From Candidatus Multivoradales bacterium (GTDB taxonomy: Bacteria > Acidobacteriota > Thermoanaerobaculia > Multivoradales > JAHEKO01): a DNA stretch of 64,000 nucleotides. The notes beneath the pieces were generated by a model. The model was not told the DNA's origin. It worked only from the letters and a program-made list of their open reading frames with translations, and did no database searches. Location: assembly GCA_965248055.1 (NCBI GenBank), contig CBDFIJ010000004.1, positions 1,984,001 through 2,048,000 on the forward strand. The letters are read 5' to 3'. A program made the translations under genes and the position numbers. Shown in pieces: positions 19,725-29,070 of the stretch (its first letter is position 1; each line of letters opens with the position of its first letter).

Positions 19725-20969
19725 ATGCATGCAAAGAACAATTTGCTCACTGCCCCTCACAGTGACAAACCTCGGCATCGATTCAGCAAACAGCTTCTGC
19801 TCGCCATTGTAGCTACAGCCATCGGCGTGCTCGCTGCTGAGCTAGTTCTGCACCGCGCAGGGGTTAGAGATCGACGCGTACAGTCGAGATACCGGACCCC
19901 TCACCCAGTCTTTGGGTGGGCACCAGAAAGCGGTGCTTCGTACGTCAACCCTCTCCCTGAGGAGCAGGTTCATGTTGCCTACAACAGTAAAGGCTGGCGT
20001 GACCTAGAACGAGATATCGAGAAACCAGAAGGCACGTTTCGCATCGCGGTCCTTGGTGACTCTTTCATGGAGGGGTACTCTGTTAACTTCGAGGAAAGTT
20101 TCCACCGCCTTCTAGAGGACGCCCTTGACGGAAGATCCCGAGATGTCGAGGTGCTTAACTTCGGTGTCGGGGGTTACGGCACGTTGCAGGAGTATCTTGT
20201 CTATCGGGAGGCGGTTAGCAAGTACTCACCAGATCTTGTGCTTTTGGGTTTCTGTATGGGGAACGATCTACGCAACAATAGCCGCGAACTTGAGTCAAAG
20301 TTGGGTGCGGGAAAGTTCAAGACAGTAGCGCGCCCGTTTCTAGAAGCCTCGACCGATGCATGGAGAGTTGCTGAGACGGACAACGAAGCGGCTCAGCGTC
20401 GCTATCAAAGAGCACTAAAGGAGCGTCGCAGCATTTTGAGTCGTATATACCAGTCTTCGTCTGTCTTGCAGCTTCTCCGAGGTGCAGCAGCTAATCTATT
20501 GCGAACTCGGATTGGAGAAACTAGTGCTGACGATATGGATTTGGCTATGACCGGTGTGCACTATTGTGAAGAACCACCTGAGATTGCAGACGCTTGGGAC
20601 ACGACGAGCAGGATCCTTGTCCGTCTCCGCGATGAGGTAGCGGCCGACGGGGCAGATTTGGTCGTTTTTTCGGTTCCTTCGCGCCATGAGGTGAATCGCA
20701 GCTACATGCACCGTGTCCGTAGCGATAGCACTAACCCTGACCGCCTCTGCTTAGACGCGGCACCGGGGTTCGATCGACTTGATTCGGTGCTCGAAGAGCT
20801 TGGAATTGTAGGGGTTGAGCTGTTGGATGACTTCCGACGAGAGGCGGCTGAGGAGGAGCTTTTTCGTCGCAGCGATCAGCATTGGAACAGCCGTGCCCAT
20901 GAGACTGCAGTCAGCGCAGTGAAAGCAAGCCTGGATCAATGGGGTTTAGTGCCAAGGCAGGCTAACTAA
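19725..20969 (+). CDS. Membrane-anchored SGNH/GDSL protein (AlgX/AlgJ-like transferase or esterase)
   Basis: N-terminal TM; blocks GDSF, NFGVGGYGT, GND, DQHWN. Confidence 0.85.
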   Translation: MHAKNNLLTAPHSDKPRHRFSKQLLLAIVATAIGVLAAELVLHRAGVRDRRVQSRYRTPHPVFGWAPESGASYVNPLPEEQVHVAYNSKGWRDLERDIEKPEGTFRIAVLGDSFMEGYSVNFEESFHRLLEDALDGRSRDVEVLNFGVGGYGTLQEYLVYREAVSKYSPDLVLLGFCMGNDLRNNSRELESKLGAGKFKTVARPFLEASTDAWRVAETDNEAAQRRYQRALKERRSILSRIYQSSSVLQLLRGAAANLLRTRIGETSADDMDLAMTGVHYCEEPPEIADAWDTTSRILVRLRDEVAADGADLVVFSVPSRHEVNRSYMHRVRSDSTNPDRLCLDAAPGFDRLDSVLEELGIVGVELLDDFRREAAEEELFRRSDQHWNSRAHETAVSAVKASLDQWGLVPRQAN

Positions 20970-21360
20970 TACACTAAGTAAGACTGGATTGACCATCAAG
21001 CGTACCGGAAGATATGCCTGGGAACCTTTCGGTTGCGATGCCTTGGCCGTCGGCGCTGAGGTAGCTTACACATATGAGACAGAACGGCTATCCCTCCGAA
21101 ACTCCGGTATCAGATAGACGCCACTCAGAGAATTCACGTCACCGTTGAACCTTGCTAGCTTCAATGTCTATGTTTTGTTGCGTCATCGACGCAACCCCTG
21201 TTCGCTTTGCGAACCAGATGTCAGGTTCAGACTTGAGTCTCCGCTTGCTTCATAAGAAGCATAATCCTATGGCTGCGCGTCATCGCGATTCCCACTGTAA
21301 CTTAGGATTGGGTCTCCTTTTGGTCAGAGATGGGGGTAGCTTGCGTGGCGCACACTCGGC

Positions 21361-21558
21361 CTAGAAGAGAGTGTAGATGAACGGGGCAAGACCACTGCCG
21401 CCAGCGACTAACAGGGCGCTGACGAGCAACAGTACAACGATTATCGGTGTCATCCACCAGCGCTTGTTCTCCATCAGGAATCCAGCGAACTCAGCGATGA
21501 AAGACTTGCGCTTCTGGGTAGCTGCACGTTCGAATTCGCGAGAGTTTGGTGAAGACAT
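21361..21558 (-). CDS. DUF5989 (SxtK-like) small single-pass membrane protein
   Basis: EF..FL.ENKRWW.TPI, one TM helix, C-terminal APFIYTLF. Confidence 0.85.
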   Translation of the reverse strand: MSSPNSREFERAATQKRKSFIAEFAGFLMENKRWWMTPIIVVLLLVSALLVAGGSGLAPFIYTLF

Positions 21559-21592
21559 CGACTAGATTTCCTTTCGGCGTGTCTTAAGGCTA

Positions 21593-22003
21593 TCAGAACT
21601 GTCGGAAGTAGCTAGCAGCCGACCGCTTAGTTTGCCGCGAGGCCCAATAGGTGTTTGCCTCTGGTTCCAAACCTCGATGGAGCGAATCGCGACCGAAAAC
21701 CCTAAATATGAGCCCGATGGGAGTGACTATTAGATAGTAAGCGAAGGCCAAAGTTAGCGTGCCTACTACCATACCGATGGGGTACGCGATTAGAGTCAAG
21801 GCAATAAAAAGTGGCTTCAGAACGGGTGGAGTGAACCAGCCAACGAAAGCAACCATTGGACCCGTCACCCAGAGTACGGATGAGATCACGTTCATTCCCG
21901 TCTTGGACCAAAGGACCGCCCCCAAGACCAAACTGGCAACAAGAAAAGCGCTGCCAAATTGACGGAGTTGACGATTGGTGGGGTGCCAGTTGATATCGAT
22001 CAT
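21593..22003 (-). CDS. SxtJ family membrane protein
   Basis: RQLRQFG, TPIGLIFRVFGRD.L, TYW, C-terminal YFRQF; directly downstream of the carbamoyltransferase. Confidence 0.85.
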   Translation of the reverse strand: MIDINWHPTNRQLRQFGSAFLVASLVLGAVLWSKTGMNVISSVLWVTGPMVAFVGWFTPPVLKPLFIALTLIAYPIGMVVGTLTLAFAYYLIVTPIGLIFRVFGRDSLHRGLEPEANTYWASRQTKRSAASYFRQF

Positions 22004-22012
22004 CCAGTATTC

Positions 22013-23851
22013 CTAGTCGAGGTCAAAGCTTTCGATGTACTCGCGCGTTTCCCCTTTTGTGAGCAGTTGAGGCTGCTCCTCCTTGAGCATCACAAACGAC
22101 TCAAGTACCAAGACATCCATGTTGGTTGCCATGAAGCAACGGTAGGCGTCTTCAGGGGTACAAACGATTGGTTCACCTCGGATGTTGAACGAAGTATTAA
22201 TAGCCACAGGGCAACCGGTAATCTCGTAAAATCGCTCTAAAAGCGGCCGGAATGGACCACTGCGTTCGGCGTCAACCGTCTGGACTCGTGCTGAGTAATC
22301 GACATGGGTGATAGCTGGAATCTCCGATCGCGACACTTTGAGCTTATCGAGCCCTTGCGCATCCACAGCTTCACTATCGAGTTGCACTCGCTTTTCATCA
22401 CGGACATCTGCTACTAGCAGCATATACGGGCTCTCTTGCCCAGCTTCGAACTCAAAGAATTCATGATTGTGTTCTGCGAGTACGATGGGTGCAAAGGGGC
22501 GAAATGATTCCCGAAACTTGATCTTGACGTTCATGGTCAACTGCATGGCTCGGCTTCGGGCATCGCCGACGATCGAGCGCGCACCAAGTGCGCGCGGCCC
22601 GAACTCCATTCGGCCTGCGAAGTAACCGACTACCTTCTCGCTAGCCATTAACTGCGCCACGCGATCGTAGAGTGCCTCACCGTTGAACTGGTGGTAAACA
22701 GCGCCGACCGAGTCCAGGTGCTCGCGAATTTGGTCTACGGAGAAACGAGGTCCTAAGAGCGAACCATGTTGGCCGTCAGGGCTGGACGACGAACGTTTGT
22801 TGTCAAGGAGCTGATACCAAACGAAGAGTGCAGCCCCTAGTGCGCCGCCAGCGTCACCAGCGGCAGGTTGGATCCAAATTGAGTCGAACGGGCTTTCCCG
22901 CAGCAGGCGACCGTTGGCTACGCAGTTCAACGCTACGCCACCAGCAAGGACCAAGTTAGTTTGCCCTGTTTTTTGGTGGACGTACTGCGCCACCCGCATC
23001 ATGATTTCTTCAGTCACCGCCTGGATTGAAGCAGCAAGGTCCATTTCGCGTTGAGTTAGCTCGCCTTCAGGCTGCCTTGGCGGACCGCCAAAGAGCTGAT
23101 GGAACCTCCTCGAGGTCATGGTTAACCCCTGGCAGTAATTGAAGTACGACATGTCCATGCGGAACGAGCCGTCTTCTTTTAGGTCCAACAAGTGCTTGAG
23201 GATTAGGTCTTTGTACCGTGGCTCACCGTAAGGTGCGAGACCCATTAACTTGTACTCGCCACTGTTGACGCGAAAACCTGTGTAGTACGTAAACGCTGAG
23301 TACAAGAGTCCTAGTGAATGCGGGAACCGCAGTTCATGTGTGAGTTCGATTTGGTTACCTTGGCCTGAACCAAAGCTCGCCGTAGCCCATTCGCCAACCC
23401 CGTCCATAGTCAGGATCGCAGCTTCTTCGAAAGGTGACGGGAAAAAAGCGCTGGCGGCGTGCGATTCATGGTGTTCGGTGAAGACGTAGCGGCCGTCGAA
23501 GCGTCTGTCGAGACCGCGGTCGATCTGCCGCGGCAGCCACAGCTTTTCCTTGAGCCAGAGCGGCATAGCCTTACGAAAGGAACGGAAACCTACCGGTGAG
23601 TAGGCTACGTACGTTTCGAGCAAACGCTCAAACTTAAGTAGAGGCTTGTCGTAGAAAGCAACGTGGCCGAGGTTTTCGGGCTCAATGCCAGCTTCGGAGA
23701 GACAGTAATCAATGGCATTTCGCGGAAAGCTGTGGTCGTGTTTGTTACGAGTGAAACGCTCTTCTTGAGCTGCGGCTACAATTTCTCCATCCACCACCAG
23801 AGCGGCGGCAGAATCATGATAGAAGGCCGATATACCTAGGATGGAGGTCAT
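22013..23851 (-). CDS. O-carbamoyltransferase (NodU/CmcH/TobZ family, SxtI-like)
   Basis: ILGISAFYHDSAA, QEERF, EHHESHAASAF, DGVGE, EYKLMGLAPYG, GGVALN, MEFGPRALG, KFRESFRPFAP, NTSFN. Confidence 0.95.
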   Translation of the reverse strand: MTSILGISAFYHDSAAALVVDGEIVAAAQEERFTRNKHDHSFPRNAIDYCLSEAGIEPENLGHVAFYDKPLLKFERLLETYVAYSPVGFRSFRKAMPLWLKEKLWLPRQIDRGLDRRFDGRYVFTEHHESHAASAFFPSPFEEAAILTMDGVGEWATASFGSGQGNQIELTHELRFPHSLGLLYSAFTYYTGFRVNSGEYKLMGLAPYGEPRYKDLILKHLLDLKEDGSFRMDMSYFNYCQGLTMTSRRFHQLFGGPPRQPEGELTQREMDLAASIQAVTEEIMMRVAQYVHQKTGQTNLVLAGGVALNCVANGRLLRESPFDSIWIQPAAGDAGGALGAALFVWYQLLDNKRSSSSPDGQHGSLLGPRFSVDQIREHLDSVGAVYHQFNGEALYDRVAQLMASEKVVGYFAGRMEFGPRALGARSIVGDARSRAMQLTMNVKIKFRESFRPFAPIVLAEHNHEFFEFEAGQESPYMLLVADVRDEKRVQLDSEAVDAQGLDKLKVSRSEIPAITHVDYSARVQTVDAERSGPFRPLLERFYEITGCPVAINTSFNIRGEPIVCTPEDAYRCFMATNMDVLVLESFVMLKEEQPQLLTKGETREYIESFDLD

Positions 23852-24419
23852 TGTTTGTAAGGGCAATTTGGAGCAGCAACGCCTTGAGCCTGCGCCCGCG
23901 CAACGAACGTATTGTTTGGTTTGGTCTCCTTGATGAAGCGAGATTGCGATATGACGAACCCCGATGTCGATTCAGGCGAATTCTACCTCAGTTCCCCGAT
24001 TTCGATATCTGCACCGTTTGCATAAGTTTCTTGATTTGAGGATGCGTTGTTTTCTATCGGGTCAGCAAGCGATTGTAAGAAGCTGTTACTCCCCGCGGAA
24101 CAAGATGGAGCAAGAGGTCAATTCGTAAACAAGCGGTTTCCAAATTGGTGACGCGCCGCTGTCGTACAGGCACAGACCTCCTTGCTGACCCACCACGTTA
24201 GGGCTACCCAAGTGGCGAGGACATTTCCTGGGCTAATAACCCCTTTTGACATGGATGCTCCCCTCGACGCTTCCGTTGAAAGATTCAAGAAGGATGCACT
24301 TTGTAAGCTGCGTGCATAACCTCGCGGCGCTTTCCTGCATTTCCAGCTCTCGGAACCGGTACAAAAAGGGACCAGGGATTGTTTCCCTGGCCCTCATTGC
24401 TAGTCGAACTTGCCAAAAA

Positions 24420-25082
24420 CTATTGGTCGCTGAGTTTGAGCTCCAACTGCTCAAGGCGCTGGGTCAAGGCGTCGATTTGTTGGTCTCTATCTTGGACCAT
24501 TTGATACAGCCCTTGTACTGCTGCGATGGTGACGCCGTTGGTGTCGAGAAGAGAAATTCGCTTGTTGTCAGCACCGGTCCCAAACGCGGAGTGAAAATCT
24601 TCTGCCATCGGACCAATGTGGCGAATCCCTGATTGATCGTTGATGAAATTCCACTCGGTAATCGGTAGCCCAAGAACTTTGTCGAGGACCTCTCTTTGAT
24701 TCAGAGGAAGGAAATTTTCCTTGAGACTCTTAGATGAGGTGGGCGTGAAATCCGTGGCTTTGATCGTGCCGCCCACAATCATGGTGCTTGCTGTTCCCCC
24801 AGTGGTGAGCGTGAACTCAGTCAGACCCGTGCCGATTCGACTAATGAGGAAGTTGCCAGCGTTGTTCGATTTGAAGTTCCAGGTGGCGCCATCTGACTCA
24901 AAAAGAAAGGAGGCGGCGCCACCAGTTTTCTTCACGTGAAGCGGACTGGTTGGGTTGTCGGTACCAATACCGACATTGTCGTTCTTGACAAAGAGTACCC
25001 CTTGAGCGGATGCGGCGACCGGCATCAAAGCCAGGGTCAAGATGGCTAACAAGGCTATGGTGATTTTTGGTGTCTGTTTCAT
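24420..25082 (-). CDS. Secreted protein with C-terminal peptidase S74 intramolecular chaperone domain
   Basis: Sec signal (ASA|Q); GIGTDNP motif; TSSKSLKEN, HIGPMAEDF..AFG and terminal coiled coil. Confidence 0.8.
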   Translation of the reverse strand: MKQTPKITIALLAILTLALMPVAASAQGVLFVKNDNVGIGTDNPTSPLHVKKTGGAASFLFESDGATWNFKSNNAGNFLISRIGTGLTEFTLTTGGTASTMIVGGTIKATDFTPTSSKSLKENFLPLNQREVLDKVLGLPITEWNFINDQSGIRHIGPMAEDFHSAFGTGADNKRISLLDTNGVTIAAVQGLYQMVQDRDQQIDALTQRLEQLELKLSDQ

Positions 25083-25103
25083 TCGATGCCTCCTCTGGGC
25101 GAG

Positions 25104-25850
25104 TTATGTTTTTGTCCTTGAACGGACTTCTTTTTCCGGAATGGCTCCATTATCTTTCACGGAAGTAGGAGCCTTCCTCCCGTTGTTTTTTCTACTATTT
25201 TGTTCGTGGGCCAGTTCAATTCTAAAGTCCGCATTGGCCGCAATCGAAAAACCATCTCCAAGCACGACCGAATCCCCAGCTCGAAAGGTGACGTCACCAC
25301 CACTTTCAACCGTGACGCCAGTCGCGGTCAAACCGCCTTCACTTTCGATGAGATGAGTTCCGTTGAACTGATTGCCGACAAGAGCTCGCGAGGCGAGTGT
25401 ATCTGGTGAAATCATTGGGCTTCGTGTGACCCAAGTTAGGGTAACCGCGAGCAGAAGGACTGCCGCGAGGGCTGCACGGTAAAAGTAAGTACGATTCAGC
25501 AGTCGAGGCTGAGAGGTCGAAAATGTTGCTTCGAAGGCACCCCTGGTGACTTCAAGTTGATCGCGGCAGCTTTCACAGTTCGTACAGTGGTTTTCAATGG
25601 AGCTCGCATCTTCAGTCGAAAGGGAGCTTGGATACATCGCAAAGTGCGCTATCCGATCGCTCGAAGGATGCTCTTCACTGAGAACCTCGGCAATGAATTG
25701 ATAGGTGTGAGACCAGTCTTGACACTCGGTGCAGCTCTCTACGTGGGTGTTCAGCAGTAAAGAGTCTCGAGCTGGCGATCCACCACCCCAGGCTTGTCGA
25801 GTCATGATCGCGACGGCTTCCTGATGATCGATTGCGGTTTTCAAAGACAT
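25104..25850 (-). CDS. Zinc-finger anti-sigma factor with TM helix and extracytoplasmic beta-rich domain
   Basis: Two HxxxCxxC motifs (HVESCTEC, HCTNCESC), one TM, VTFRAGDSVVLGDGFS domain; directly follows the ECF sigma. Confidence 0.75.
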   Translation of the reverse strand: MSLKTAIDHQEAVAIMTRQAWGGGSPARDSLLLNTHVESCTECQDWSHTYQFIAEVLSEEHPSSDRIAHFAMYPSSLSTEDASSIENHCTNCESCRDQLEVTRGAFEATFSTSQPRLLNRTYFYRAALAAVLLLAVTLTWVTRSPMISPDTLASRALVGNQFNGTHLIESEGGLTATGVTVESGGDVTFRAGDSVVLGDGFSIAANADFRIELAHEQNSRKNNGRKAPTSVKDNGAIPEKEVRSRTKT

Positions 25851-26462
25851 CTAGGTTCTACTCTCGTTGCGGGGCACAATGTGTAAATCGTTGCCGCGAA
25901 GTTTTCTCGCAAGGATTTCTTGCGCTCGCCCAACGCAGCGATGCATCTGCACCCGAAGCGCTCCTGGACTCTTGCCCAGCAGTGTTTCCAGGTCACGATA
26001 TGGCTTGTTCATGCCTAGGTGCAGATAGATCAAATCTCGGCATGGCCTATCCAGTTTTGCCAGGGTTGATTGCAGTAAATCTTCACGTTCTTGCTGAAGC
26101 AGAGATGCCATTGGACTGGGTGTGCTTGAGGGCAGTTCGAAATCGAGTTGGTCGATGTTTTTTTTTGTTCGCAGCCAATCGATACACCTGCGACCAGCAA
26201 CAACGGCGGCGAACCCCATGAAATTCCTCTGGGAATCGAAACTTGAACGGTTAACTGCTTGCCAGAGTTGCGTCATGACGTCTTGAACCAGATCTCTCCG
26301 TTCTTCGGCTGGAATGCGGTAACCGCGAAACCCGACAATCTTTTCCACCTGAGCTCGGACTTCTTGCACGGCGTCTGGAGATCCAGCTTGAAACTCTTTA
26401 GCGACATTGCGTTGTACGTCATCCTTCAACTGCGTGATCGGTCTTTGAACATCTCTCGTCAT
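25851..26462 (-). CDS. ECF-family RNA polymerase sigma-70 factor
   Basis: DLVQDV, RRCIDWLR (region 2) and region 4 HTH (YRDLETLLGKSPGALRVQMHRC). Confidence 0.9.
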   Translation of the reverse strand: MTRDVQRPITQLKDDVQRNVAKEFQAGSPDAVQEVRAQVEKIVGFRGYRIPAEERRDLVQDVMTQLWQAVNRSSFDSQRNFMGFAAVVAGRRCIDWLRTKKNIDQLDFELPSSTPSPMASLLQQEREDLLQSTLAKLDRPCRDLIYLHLGMNKPYRDLETLLGKSPGALRVQMHRCVGRAQEILARKLRGNDLHIVPRNESRT

Positions 26463-26468
26463 CTATAT

Positions 26469-26496
26469 ATATCGATAGGGGGGTCTCGATGTTACA
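26469..26496 (-). promoter_or_regulatory. Putative ECF-type promoter TGTAAC-N16-CGATAT giving a leaderless transcript
   Basis: Minus strand: TGTAAC (26496-26491), 16 nt, CGATAT (26474-26469), 6 nt, ATG; no SD sequence. Confidence 0.55.
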
Positions 26497-26748
26497 TGTC
26501 ATTTGTCAGCAATTCGCAGGCCCGGCAGTATTTGCTTCACCGCCCGCAAACTACCAAGACACCTGGATCAGGCACTTGGTACCATGCAGGGCGGAACTCG
26601 ACTCGGCTAGACGGGCGTGGTTCTTGGTTCCAGTGAGGATGGTTGGAAGAGTTTTTTCCGTGGAAAAGTACTAGTCGAAGATAGCAAACAAGAAGCACAG
26701 TCAATTCAACTGTAAGGCCCATAATTGTCTTTGTCAGAAAATGGAAAA

Positions 26749-28317
26749 ATGAAACTGGTCGCTCAGCTTGCTCGTCAAGGTAGTGGCACAGCAGATATTG
26801 CTTTGACAGGAGAGCTAATCGATTTATACCAACCACTAGCAGTAGGTTCGGTAGCCCGAGGACCAGCGGAATATCCGCGCCAGAAGCTCGCCGAGGCGCT
26901 CGGTTTGGCGAATCAAAAGTGGGGACATACGCGAGCAGAGAACTTATCGCAATCTCTAGCGGTTCCCAGCACTAAAGTGATCGTGACGGGGCAGCAGCCA
27001 GGGATTTTCGGCGGGCCTTTTTATACGGTGATCAAAGCCTTGACGGCGACTCTACTTGCCGAGCAAATGGAGCAAGCTGGTCAACCAGCGGTGGCTGTTT
27101 TTTGGATCGCCGGAGAGGATCATGACTTCCGAGAAGTCTCGTCGGCCACTTGGTTGGAAAGGGGTCGCGTCCGCCAGGAAACTCTTGGGAAAGACGCCAG
27201 TCCGTTGCTGCCGGTGGGCCAACGACACCTGGGGCCAGCGACCGAAGAGCTTGTTGCTCAGTGGGCAGAGGTCTCCCAGAGCGGCTATTGGCAGCAAGAG
27301 GCACAGCGCCTGGCTGTGCACTACCATTCAGAAGCAACCTTTAGTGGGGCGTTCGCGGCTTATTTGGTGAGCGTTCTCGGAGAGAAATGTCCGCTGCTTC
27401 TCGATTCGCAGAATTCGGTGGTGAAAGGCTTGGAGCAACCTCTTCTCCGCAGATTGATCGAAGAACGTGAGATTGTGACGGAGCAATTGTCTAACCAAGA
27501 TGAACGTATTCGAGCGCTAGGATTGTCACCACAAATTCGCTCTCGACCGGGTTCGGCTCCTCTATTTCTCCACCACGATGGGCGTCGAAAACGGATTTTG
27601 TGGCGAGAGGGAGGCTTCGTAATAGACGAGAACAGCAGTGTACGGTCGGTGGAAGAATTGCTCGATATGTTGGAGGCGAACCCGGAATCGGTAAGTCCAA
27701 GCGCATTGGCTCGCCCGGCCATTCAAGACGCGTTGCTGGGAACTTCATTGTTTGTGGTTGGTCCCGGTGAGTTGGCCTATATGGCTCAAGCTGCGCCGCT
27801 CTATGAAGTCTTGGAGGTGAGTGCTCCTGGGTTGGTGCTACGGCCATCTGTGGCGATAGCGCCAAAACGAAAACTTGACCAAATGACGGCCGCCGACTTG
27901 CCTCTTGAAGTGCTGATGGCTGGTGAGAACGACCTAGAGACGGCCCTCGCTCGTCTCTCTGGGTCGAATCCAGTGTTCGACGCAAAGACCAATATGGAAA
28001 CAACTCTCGAGCAATTGCGAACGCCGCTATCTGCGCTGCACCCGGACCTCGCGCAGGCGCTAGAGAAAACTAAGGTTAACGTAGCCAAGGCGATGGAGCG
28101 GTTAGGAACGCGAGTTGATCGCGAGTTGGCGCAGCAGGACGAAACGACGGCACATCGCGCACGGGAAGTGCAGCAGTTACTGTCCCCTGGGGGCAATCCT
28201 CAAGAAAGAGTATTTTCAACTGCGTTTCTACTGGCGCGCTTCGGTCCTGACCTTCCTCTTCAACTGAGCCAAGCGCTCAAGTTGGAACCGGGGCAGATGC
28301 AACTGATGGCGGTATGA
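26749..28317 (+). CDS. bshC: Bacillithiol biosynthesis cysteine-adding enzyme
   Basis: VTGQQPGIFGGPFY..IKA, FWIAGEDHDF.E, SPSALARP..QD, GPGELAY.AQ, PQER. Confidence 0.92.
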   Translation: MKLVAQLARQGSGTADIALTGELIDLYQPLAVGSVARGPAEYPRQKLAEALGLANQKWGHTRAENLSQSLAVPSTKVIVTGQQPGIFGGPFYTVIKALTATLLAEQMEQAGQPAVAVFWIAGEDHDFREVSSATWLERGRVRQETLGKDASPLLPVGQRHLGPATEELVAQWAEVSQSGYWQQEAQRLAVHYHSEATFSGAFAAYLVSVLGEKCPLLLDSQNSVVKGLEQPLLRRLIEEREIVTEQLSNQDERIRALGLSPQIRSRPGSAPLFLHHDGRRKRILWREGGFVIDENSSVRSVEELLDMLEANPESVSPSALARPAIQDALLGTSLFVVGPGELAYMAQAAPLYEVLEVSAPGLVLRPSVAIAPKRKLDQMTAADLPLEVLMAGENDLETALARLSGSNPVFDAKTNMETTLEQLRTPLSALHPDLAQALEKTKVNVAKAMERLGTRVDRELAQQDETTAHRAREVQQLLSPGGNPQERVFSTAFLLARFGPDLPLQLSQALKLEPGQMQLMAV

Positions 28318-28344
28318 CTTCAGAAAAACGGTGGGCAAAGATAA

Positions 28345-29070
28345 ATGAATCTCGAAGTACTAGCAATTGGTGCACACCCAGACGATATTGAACTGGGCTG
28401 CGGTGGGATGTTGGCCTTGTTGGCAAATGCTGGACATCGCGTTGGCTCGCTCCACCTGACGAGCGGGGAGGCGGGCACTCGCGGAACGCCCGATGAGCGA
28501 CGCGAAGAAGCGAGAGAAGCTGCGAAGGCGCTTGGAGTCTCGCATGTCGAGTTCCTTGATTTCGGCGATGGAGCACTGCGAACGGGGAAAGATGAGGAAG
28601 ATGTACTGATTGCCGTTCTTCGTCGATTGCGCCCCGAGATGGTTCTAGGCCCTGCGCAGCGTGACCGCCATCCAGATCATGGGAGGGCCTATCGTTTGGT
28701 TGTGGATGCTTGTTTCTATGCTGGGTTGCAGAAAAGAAATGTAGGCCAAGCCCACCGTCCTGCAGCGGTATTTAGCTATCTGCAACACGACGATGCCCGA
28801 CCTAGCTTTATCGTCGACATCACTGAGACCTGGGCGCAAAAGATGGCTGCCCTAGATGCCTACGAGAGTCAGATTCATCGACCAGGCCGCAGGGAACAGC
28901 GGGCCGAGCCCCAGACCAAGATTTCCTCATCTATGTTTCGTGCCGCTGTCGAGGGACGGGCGCGACACTTCGGCCAACAAATTGGGGTTGAGTTTGGAGA
29001 ACCTTTCCTGAGTGCCGGACCGTTAGCGGTACAGGATCCCTTTTCGTTGATCTCCAAGGGGCTACGATGA
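28345..29070 (+). CDS. bshB1: Bacillithiol biosynthesis deacetylase
   Basis: AHPDDIELGCGG, GEAGTRG, DRHPDH; lies between bshC and bshA. Confidence 0.92.
   Translation: MNLEVLAIGAHPDDIELGCGGMLALLANAGHRVGSLHLTSGEAGTRGTPDERREEAREAAKALGVSHVEFLDFGDGALRTGKDEEDVLIAVLRRLRPEMVLGPAQRDRHPDHGRAYRLVVDACFYAGLQKRNVGQAHRPAAVFSYLQHDDARPSFIVDITETWAQKMAALDAYESQIHRPGRREQRAEPQTKISSSMFRAAVEGRARHFGQQIGVEFGEPFLSAGPLAVQDPFSLISKGLR

Noticed and set aside
19725-23851. Saxitoxin gene cluster (sxtI/J/K/L-like genes with sulfotransferases nearby)
   Set aside because: No sxtA, sxtG, sxtB or other core genes; the context is a Wzx/Wzy glycan locus
24420-25082. Prophage suggested by the tail-fibre chaperone domain
   Set aside because: Has a Sec signal; no integrase, capsid, terminase or tail genes nearby
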